A stretch of 64,000 nucleotides of DNA, taken from positions 57,166,001-57,230,000 of the forward strand of contig CM059438.1 of the NCBI GenBank assembly GCA_030390025.1. The letters are read 5' to 3'. How positions within the stretch are numbered: the stretch's first letter is position 1; each line of letters opens with the position of its first letter. This DNA comes from Squalus acanthias (Eukaryota). Positions 45,001-53,761 of this stretch are shown in pieces. Both the position numbers and the translations under genes were made by a program. Below the pieces are notes generated by a model. The model had not been told where the DNA came from and made no database searches. It saw nothing but the letters and a program-made list of their open reading frames with translations.

Positions 45001-48000
45001 AAATGAGTGTGACAGCAGTGTGTTTAATCGAACTATAAATGAGTGTGACAGCAGTGTGTTTAATCCCACTATAAATGAGTGTGACAGCAGTGTGTTTAAT
45101 CCCACTATAAATGAGTGTGACAGCAGTGTGTTTAATCCACTATAAATGAGTGTGACAGCAGTGTGTTTAATCCCACTATAAATGAGTGTGACAGCAGTGT
45201 GTTTAATCCCACTATAAATGAGTGTGACAGCAGTGTGTTTAATCCCACTATAAATGAGTGTGACAGCAGTGTGTTTAATCCCACTATAAATGAGTGTGAC
45301 AGCAGTGTGTTTAATCCCACTATAAATGAGTGTGACAGCAGTGTGTTTAATCCCAGTATAAATGAGTGTGACAGCAGTGTGTTTAATCCACTATAAATGA
45401 GTGTGACAGCAGTGTGTTTAATCCCACTATAAATGAGTGTGACAGCAGTGTGTTTAATCCCACTATAAATGAGTGTGACAGCAGTGTGTTTAATCCCACT
45501 ATAAATGAGTGTGACAGCAGTGTGTTTAATCCCATTATAAATGAGTGTGACAGCAGTGTGTTTAATCCCACTATAAATGAGTGTGACAGCAGTGTGTTTA
45601 ATCCCACTATAAATGAGTGTGACAGCAGTGTGTTTAATCCCAGTATAAATGAGTGTGACAGCAGTGTGTTTAATCCCACTATAAATGAGTGTGACAGCAG
45701 TGTGTTTAATCCCACTATAAATGAGTGTGACAGCAGTGTGTTTAATCCCACTATAAATGAGTGTGACAGCTGTGTGTTTAATCCCATTATAAATGAGTGT
45801 GACAGCAGTGTGTTTAATCGAACTATAAATGAGTGTGACAGCAGTGTGTTTAATCCCATTATAAATGAGTGTGACAGCAGTGTGTTTAATCGAACTATAA
45901 ATGAGTGTGACAGCAGTGTGTTTAATCGAACTATAAATGAGTGTGACAGCAGTGTGTTTAATCCCATTATAAATGAGTGTGACAGCAGTGTGTTTAATCA
46001 AACTATAAATGAGTGTGACAGCTGTGTGTTTAATCGAACTATAAATGAGTGTGACAGCAGTGTGTTTAATCCCATTATAAATGAGTGTGACAGCAGTGTT
46101 TTTAATCGAACTAAAAATGAGTGTGACAGCTGTGTGTTTAATCCCACTATAAATGAGTGTGACAGCAGTGTGTTTAATCGCATTATAAATGAGTGTGACA
46201 GCAGTGTGTTTAATCTCATTATAAATGAGTGTGACAGCAGTGTGTTTAATCGAACTATAAATGAGTGTGACAGCAGTGTGTTTAATCCCAGTATAAATGA
46301 GTGTGACAGCAGTGTGTTTAATCCCATTATAAATGAGTGTGACAGCTGTGTGTTTAATCGAACTATAAATGAGTGTGACAGCAGTGTGTTTAATCCCATT
46401 ATAAATGAGTGTGACAGCAGTGTGTTTAATCGAACTATAAATGAGTGTGACAGCAGTGTGTTTAATCCCACTATAAATGAGTGTGACAGCAGTGTGTTTA
46501 ATCGAACTATAAATGAGTGTGACAGCAGTGTGTTTAATCGCACTATAAATGAGTGTGACAGCTGTGTGTTTAATCCCATTATAAATGAGTGTGACAGCAG
46601 TGTGTTTAATCGAACTATAAATGAGTGTGACAGCTGTGTGTTTAATCCCACTATAAATGAGTGTGACAGCAGTGTGTTTAATCCCATTATAAATGAGTGT
46701 GACAGCAGTGTGTTTAATCGAACTAAAAATGAGTGTGACAGCTGTGTGTTTAATCCCACTATAAATGAGTGTGACAGCTGTGTGTTTAATCCCATTATAA
46801 ATGAGTGTGACAGCAGTGTGTTTAATCCCATTATAAATGAGTGTGACAGCAGTGTGTTTAATCGAACTATAAATGAGTGTGACAGCAGTGTGTTTAATCG
46901 CATTATAAATGAGTGTGACAGCTGTGTGTTTAATCCCATTATAAATGAGTGTGACAGCAGTGTGTTTAATCGAACTATAAATGAGTGTGACAGCTGTGTG
47001 TTTAATCGAACTATAAATGAGTGTGACAGCAGTGTGTTTAATCCCATTATAAATGAGTGTGACAGCAGTGTGTTTAATCGAACTATAAATGAGTGTGACA
47101 GCAGTGTGTTTAATCGCACTATAAATGAGTGTGACAGCTGTGTGTTTAATCCCATTATAAATGAGTGTGACAGCAGTGTGTTTAATCGAACTATAAATGA
47201 GTGTGACAGCTGTGTGTTTAATCCCACTATAAATGAGTGTGACAGCAGTGTGTTTAATCCCATTATAAATGAGTGTGACAGCAGTGTGTTTAAGCGAACT
47301 ATAAATGAGTGTGACAGCAGTGTGTTTAATCCCAGTATAAATGAGTGTGACAGCAGTGTGTTTAATCCCATTATAAATGAGTGTGACAGCAGTGTGTTTA
47401 ATCGAACTATAAATGAGTGTGACAGCAGTGTGTTTAAACGCATTATAAATGATTGTGACAGCTGTGCGTTTAATCGAACTATAAATGAGAGTGACAGCAG
47501 TGTGTTTAATCCCATTATAAATGAGTGTGACAGCTGTGCGTTTAATCGAACTATAAATGAGTGTGACAGCAGTGTGTTTAATCCCACCATAAATGAGTGT
47601 GACAGCAGTGTGTTGAATTACATTATAAATAAGTGTGACAGCAGTGTGTTTAATCCCATTATATATGAGTGTGACAGCAGTGTTTTTAATCGAAGTATAA
47701 ATGAGTGTGACAGCAGTGTGTTTAATCCCACTATATATGAGTGTGACAGCAGTGTGTTTAATCCCACTATAAATGAGTGTGACAGCAATGTGTTTAATCC
47801 CACTATAAATGAGTGTGACAGCAGTGTGTTTAATCCCACTATAAATGAGTGTGACAGCAGTGTGTTTAATCCCACTATAAATGAGTGTGACAGCAGTGTG
47901 TTTAATCCCATTATAAATGAGTGTGACAGCTGTGTGTTTAATCCCACTATAAATGAGTGTGACAGCAGTGTGTTTAATCGAAGTATAAATGAGTGTGACA

Positions 48001-51000
48001 GCAGTGTGTTTAATCCCACTATAAATGAGTGTGACAGCTGTGTGTTTAATCCCACTATAAATGAGTGTGACAGCAGTGTGTTTAATCCCACTATAAATGA
48101 GTGTGACAGCAGTGTGTTTAATCGAACTATAAATGAGTGTGACAGCAGTGTGTTTAATCCCATTATAAATGAGTGTGACAGCAGTGTGTTTAATCGAACT
48201 ATAAATGAGTGTGACAGCAGTGTGTTTAATCGCATTATAAATGAGTGTGACAGCAGTGTGTTTAATCCCATTATAAATGAGTGTGACAGCAGTGTGTTTA
48301 ATCGAACTATAAATGAGTGTGACAGCAGTGTGTTTAATCCCACTATAAATGAGTGTGACAGCAGTGTGTTTAATCCCATTATAAATGAGTGTGACAGCAG
48401 TGTGTTTAATCGAACTATAAATGAGTGTGACAGCTGTGTGTTTAATCCCACTATAAATGAGTGTGACAGCAGTGTGTTTAAACGCATTATAAATGAGTGT
48501 GACAGCTGTGTGTTTAATCCCATTATAAATGAGTATGACAGCTGTGTGTTTAATCCCATTATAAATGAGTGTGACAGCAGTGTGTTTAATCGAACTATAA
48601 ATGAGTGTGACAGCTTTGTGTTTAATCGAACTATAAATGAGTGTGACAGCTGTGTGTTTAATCCCATTATAAATGAGTGTGACAGCAGTGTGTTTAATCG
48701 AACTATAAATGAGTGTGACAGCAGTGTGTTTAATCCCAGTATAAATGAGTGTGACAGCAGTGTGTTGAATTACATTATAAATAAGTGTGACAGCAGTGTG
48801 TTTAAACGCATTATAAATGAGTGTGACAGCTGTGCGTTTAATCGAACTATAAATGAGAGTGACAGCAGTGTGTTTAATCCCATTATAAATGAGTGTGACA
48901 GCTGTGCGTTTAATCGAACTTTAAATGAGTGTGACAGCAGTGTGTTTAATCCCACCATAAATGAGTGTGACAGCAGTGTGTTGAATTACATTATAAATAA
49001 GTGTGACAGCAGTGTGTTTAATCCCATTATATATGAGTGTGACAGCAATGTTTTTAATCGAAGTATAAATGAGTGAGACAGCAGTGTGTTTAATCCCACT
49101 ATATATGAGTGTGACAGCAGTGTGTTTAATCCCACTATAAATGAGTGTGACAGCAATGTGTTTACTCCCACTATAAATGAGTGTGACAGCAGTGTGTTTA
49201 ATCCCACTATATATGAGTGTGACAGCAGTGTGTTTAATCCCTCTATAAATGAGTGTGACAGCAGTGTGTTTAATCCCACTATAAATGAGTGTGACAGCAG
49301 TGTGTTTAATCCCACTCTATATGAGTGTGACAGCAGTGTGTTTAATCGAAGTATAAATGAGTGTGACAACAGTGTGTTTAATCCCACTATAAATGAGTGT
49401 GACAGCTGTGTGTTTAATCCCACTATAAATGTGTGTGACAGCTGTGTTTTTAATCCCACTATAAATTAGTGTGACAGCTGTGTGTTTAATCCCACTATAA
49501 ATGAGTGTGACAGCTGTTTGTTTAATCCCACTATAAATGAGTGTGACAGCTGTGTGTTTAATCGAACTAAAAATGAGTGTGACAGCAGTGTGTTTAATCC
49601 CAGTATAAATGAGTGTGACAGCAGTGTGTTTAATTGAACTAAAAATGAGTGTGACAGCTGTGTGTTTAATCCCACTATAAATGAGTGTGACAGCTGTGTG
49701 TTTAATCCCACTATAAATGAGTGTGACAGCTGTGTGTTTAATCAAACTATAAATGAGTGTGACAGCAGTGTGTTTAATCGAACTATAAATGAGTGTGACA
49801 GCAGTGTGTTTAATCCCACTATAAATGAGTGTGACAGCAGTGTGTTTAATCGAACTATAAATGAGTGTGACAGCAGTGTGTTTAATCCCACTATAAATGA
49901 GTGTGACAGCAGTGTGTTTAATCGAACTATAAATGAGTGTGACAGCAGTGTGTTTAATCGAACTATAAATGAGTGTGACAGCAGTGTGTTTAATCCCACT
50001 ATAAATGAGTGTGACAGCAGTGTGTTTAATCCCAGTATAAATGAGTGTGACAGCAGTGTGTTTAATCCCAGTATAAATGAGTGTGACAGCAGTGTGTTTA
50101 ATCCCATTATAAATGAGTGTGACAGCTGTGTGTTTAATCCCACTATAAATGAGTGTGACAGCAGTGTGTTTAATCCCAGTATAAATGAGTGTGACAGCAG
50201 TGTGTTTAATCCCACTATAAATGAGTGTGACAGCTGTGTGTTTAATCCCACTATAAATGAGTGTGACAGCAGTGTGGTTAATCGAACTAAAAATGACTGT
50301 GACAGCAGTGTGTTTAATCCCATTATAAATGAGTGTGACAGCAGTGTGTTTAATCCCATTATAAATGAGTGTGACAGCAGTGTGTTTAATCCCAGTATAA
50401 ATGAGTGTGACAGCAGTGTGTTTAATCCCACTATAAATGAGTGTGACAGCAGTGTGTTTAATCCCATTACAAATGAGTGTGACAGCAGTGTTTTTAATCC
50501 CACTATAAATGAGTGTGACAGCAGTGTGTTTAATCCCATTATAAATGAGTGTGACAGCAGTGTGTTTAATCGAACTAAAAATGAGTGTGACAGCAATGTG
50601 TTTAATCCCACTATAAATGAGTGTGACAGCAGTGTGTTTAATCCCAGTATAAATGAGTGTGACAGCAATGTGTTTAATCCCACTATAAATGAGTGTGACA
50701 GCAGTGTGTTTAATCATAATATAAATGAGCGTGACAGCAGTGTATTTAATCCCACTATAAATGAGCGTGACAGCAGTGTGTTTAATCCCAGTATAAATGA
50801 GTGTGACAGCAGTGTGTTTAATCCCATTATAAATGAGTATTACAGCAGTGTGTTTAATCCCACTATAAATGAGTGTGACAGCAATGTGTTTAATCCCACT
50901 ATAAATGAGTGTGACAGCAGTGTGTTTAATCCCACTATAAATGAGTGTGACAGCAGTGTGTTTAATCCCAGTATAAATGAGTGTGACAGCAGTGTGTTTA

Positions 51001-52914
51001 ATCCCAGTATAAATGAGTGTGACAGCAGTGTGTTTAATCCCACTATAAATGAGTGTGACAGCAGTGTGTTTAATCCCACTATAAATGAGTGTGACAGCAG
51101 TGTGTTTAATCCCAGTATAAATGAGTGTGACAGCAGTGTGTTTAATCCCAGTATAAATGAGTGTGACAGCAGTGTGTTTAATCATAATATAAATGAGTGT
51201 GACAGCAGTGTGTTTAATCCCACTATAAATGAGTGTGACAGCAGTGTGTTTAATCGAACTATAAATGAGTGTGACAGCAGTGTGTTTAATCCCACTATAA
51301 ATGAGTGTGACAGCAGTGTGTTTAATCCCACTATAAATGAGTGTGACAGCAGTGTGTTTAATCGAACTATAAATGAGTGTGACAGCAGTGTGTTTAATCC
51401 CACTATAAATGAGTGTGACAGCAGTGTGTTTAATCGCACTATAAATGAGTGTGACAGCAGTGTGTTTAATCCCACTATAAATGAGTGTGACAGCAGTGTG
51501 TTTAATCCCACTATAAATGAGTGTGACAGCAGTGTGTTTAATCCCAGTATAAATGAGTGTGACAGCAGTGTGTTTAATCCCAGTATAAATGAGTGTGACA
51601 GCAGTGTGTTTAATCCCATTATAAATGAGTGTGACAGCAGTGTGTTTAATCCCACTATAAATGAGTGTGACAGCAGTGTGTTTAATCCCAGTATAAATGA
51701 GTGTGACAGCAGTGTGTTTAATCCCACTATAAATGAGTGTGACAGCAGTGTGTTTAATCCCACTATAAATGAGTGTGACAGCAGTGTGTTTAATCCGACT
51801 ATAAATGAGTGTGACAGCAGTGTGTTTAATCCCACTATAAATGAGTGTGACAGCAGTGTGTTTAATCCCATTATAAATGAGTGTGACAGCAGTGTGTTTA
51901 ATCCCAGTATAAATGAGTGTGACAGCAGTGTGTTTAATCCCACTATAAATGAGTGTGACAGCAGTGTGTTTAATCCCATTAAAAATGAGTGTGACAGCAG
52001 TGTGTTTAATCCAACTATAAATGAGTGTGACAGCAGTGTGTTTAATCCCATTATAAATGAGTGTGACAGCAGTGTGTTTAATCCGACTAAAAATGAGTGT
52101 GACAGCAGTGTGTTTAATCCCACTATAAATGAGTGTGACAGCAGTGTGTTTAATCCCAGTATAAATGAGTGTGACAGCAGTGTGTTTAATCCCACTATAA
52201 ATGAGTGTGACAGCAGTGTGTTTAATCCAGTATAAATGAGTGTGACAGCAATGTGTTTAATCCCACTATAAATGAGTGTGACAGCAGTGTGTTTAATCCC
52301 AGTATAAATGAGTGTGACAGCAGTGTGTTTAATCCCAGTACAAATGAGTGTGACAGCAGTGTGTTTAATCCCAGTATAAATGAGTGTGACAGCAGTGTGT
52401 TTAATCCCAGTATAAATGAGTGTGACAGCAGTGTGTTTAATCCCAGTATAAATGAGTGTGACAGCAGTGTGTTTAATCCCACTATAAATGAGTGTGACAG
52501 CAGTGTGTTTAATCCCAGTATAAATGAGTGTGACAGCAGTGTGTTTAATCCCAGTATAAATGAGTGTGACAGCAGTGTGTTTAATCCCAGTATAAATGAG
52601 TGTGACAGCAGTGTGTTTAATCCCATTATAAATGAGTGTGACAGCTGTGTGTTTAATCCCACTATAAATGAGTGTGACAGCAGTGTATTTAATCCCAGTA
52701 TAAATGAGTGTGACAGCAGTGTGTTTAATCCCACTATAAATGAGTGTGACAGCTGTGTGTTTAATCCCACTATAAATGAGTGTGACAGCAGTGTGTTTAA
52801 TCGAACTAAAAATGACTGTGACAGCAGTGTGTTTAATCCCATTATAAATGAGTGTGACAGCAGTGTGTTTAATCCCAGTATAAATGAGTGTGACAGCAGT
52901 GTGTTTAATCCCAC
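1..52914. repeat. Giant 36-bp tandem repeat array (minisatellite/satellite), consensus TAAATGAGTGTGACAGCAGTGTGTTTAATCCCACTA, about 1,460 copies, open at the left edge
   Basis: The 36-bp periodicity is directly visible from base 1 to about 52914, all in one orientation. The only non-repeat interruption is at 39720-39934. Copy number is estimated as length/36. Confidence 0.99.
39720..39934 (+). mobile_element. Solo LTR (215 bp) of an LTR retrotransposon or endogenous retrovirus inserted in the array
   Basis: Starts TGTCATAAA and ends TTATTACGTCA (TG...CA). Flanked by the direct repeat ATGAG (39715-39719 and 39935-39939), which is a piece of the array monomer. Internal TATAAA at 39788 and ATTAAA at 39885, followed by a GT/T-rich tract, which is U3-R-U5 order. 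Confidence 0.85.
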
Positions 52915-53088
52915 CAGGTGTGACTGCCCCCTCTTATCTTGCTGTCCTGGTGAGGTTTTGAACTTCTGCAGGTATTGATTATCTATGCAGGATTTCCTGG
53001 ATGTGACACTGATTGCCAAGGACAACTTCTTCCAGTGTCGGTCTTCATAAGAACTCTGTTCAGTGAGTGCGGATTCACTGTGAGTGAT
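52915..53088 (-). other. Possible 174-bp phase 0-0 exon abutting the array (unverified)
   Basis: On the minus strand: ccgccccctttAG, then 58 open codons (ITHSESALTEQSSYEDRHWKKLSLAISVTSRKSCIDNQYLQKFKTSPGQQDKRGQSHL), then GTGGGA. The donor is weak and I do not recognise the peptide. Confidence 0.2.
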
Positions 53089-53460
53089 CTAAAGGGGGCG
53101 GGATAGGTTCCTGCGACTGGAAGCCATCTCCTGGTATAATATTGTTGATGGAGCCACACCGCAGTGCCAGAGAGAATGCTCGATTGCCCGCCGGGATCTG
53201 CGCTGCATTTCCCAGAGTTTTTTCCTCAACCGGCCGAAGGTTTTCTATCTGTGGTTTTGCCTCTCCGAGGAGACATGGGGTGGCGAAGGGTTGGGGGGGG
53301 CGGCGGTGGGGTGGGGGGCGTTGGGGATAAACTCCTGGTGTGATAGGATGCACCATGTCCGGATGGGGCAGGTCGGATGGGCCAGCTTGTCTTTTCCTGT
53401 CCTTCTATCTTGTATGCTGGTATTCTCAGCCATCTGCTTTCTGCTGAGGAGAGAGGTTTT

Positions 53461-53761
53461 GGTGAGCCCTCTCTGCAAGGGCTCACCTTAGAACAGAGAT
53501 TGTCAGTGTTTGACAGCTTCTCACAGCTGTCAAATGCTGACAATTCAGCTGTCAAAATAATTTTGACAGATGAAGTGTCATACGCTGACCTCCTCTGTCA
53601 CCTGCTTTCCCTTAATTGTCCGGCTAAACTCGCAGGGCGGGCTTAATACGAGCAATCAAGGGTAAATAGCGTTGGTTCATCAGACGGCGCTGGGGGCGGG
53701 ACTGAAACCCGACAACCAGCAGGACCGCCTCCAGCATGTCTCCATTCACAAAATCCCGGCC
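53461..53761. other. Palindrome-rich segment, probably a remnant of a non-autonomous DNA transposon (MITE-like)
   Basis: Inverted repeats at 53461-53487, 53499-53544 and 53538-53580. The segment ends in AAAATCCCGGCC, a TIR-like end, but I found no partner TIR. Confidence 0.35.

Noticed and set aside
21242..51185. Minus-strand frame IKHTAVTLIYSG, in which several common variants are synonymous
   Set aside because: Recurrent variants (CCCTTAATATAT, ATTCTAAAT, ACTTTAAAT) put stops in this frame too. The synonymous share did not look clearly above chance by eye; a formal test was not run.
1..52914. CRISPR array (36-bp repeats)
   Set aside because: The repeats are head-to-tail with no unique spacers, there are no cas genes, and the context is vertebrate.
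1..52914. V(D)J recombination signal array or telomeric repeat
   Set aside because: CAGTGTG/CACACTG only resembles the heptamer CACAGTG, there is no ACAAAAACC nonamer at 12/23 spacing, and there is no TTAGGG.
21..52978. Long ORFs (up to 1689 aa) of NPTINECDSSVF repeats, superficially like the INEC start of calcium-binding EGF domains
   Set aside because: They follow from a 36-bp unit with no stop in three frames. There is only one Cys per unit (EGF needs six), starts are mostly non-ATG, and recurrent variants create stops (AATTGA, GAGTGA, AATTAG) as well as frameshifts.
53276..53326. G-rich tract able to form a G-quadruplex, and the Pro-rich ORFs it produces on the minus strand
   Set aside because: Low-complexity sequence with no independent support for function or coding.
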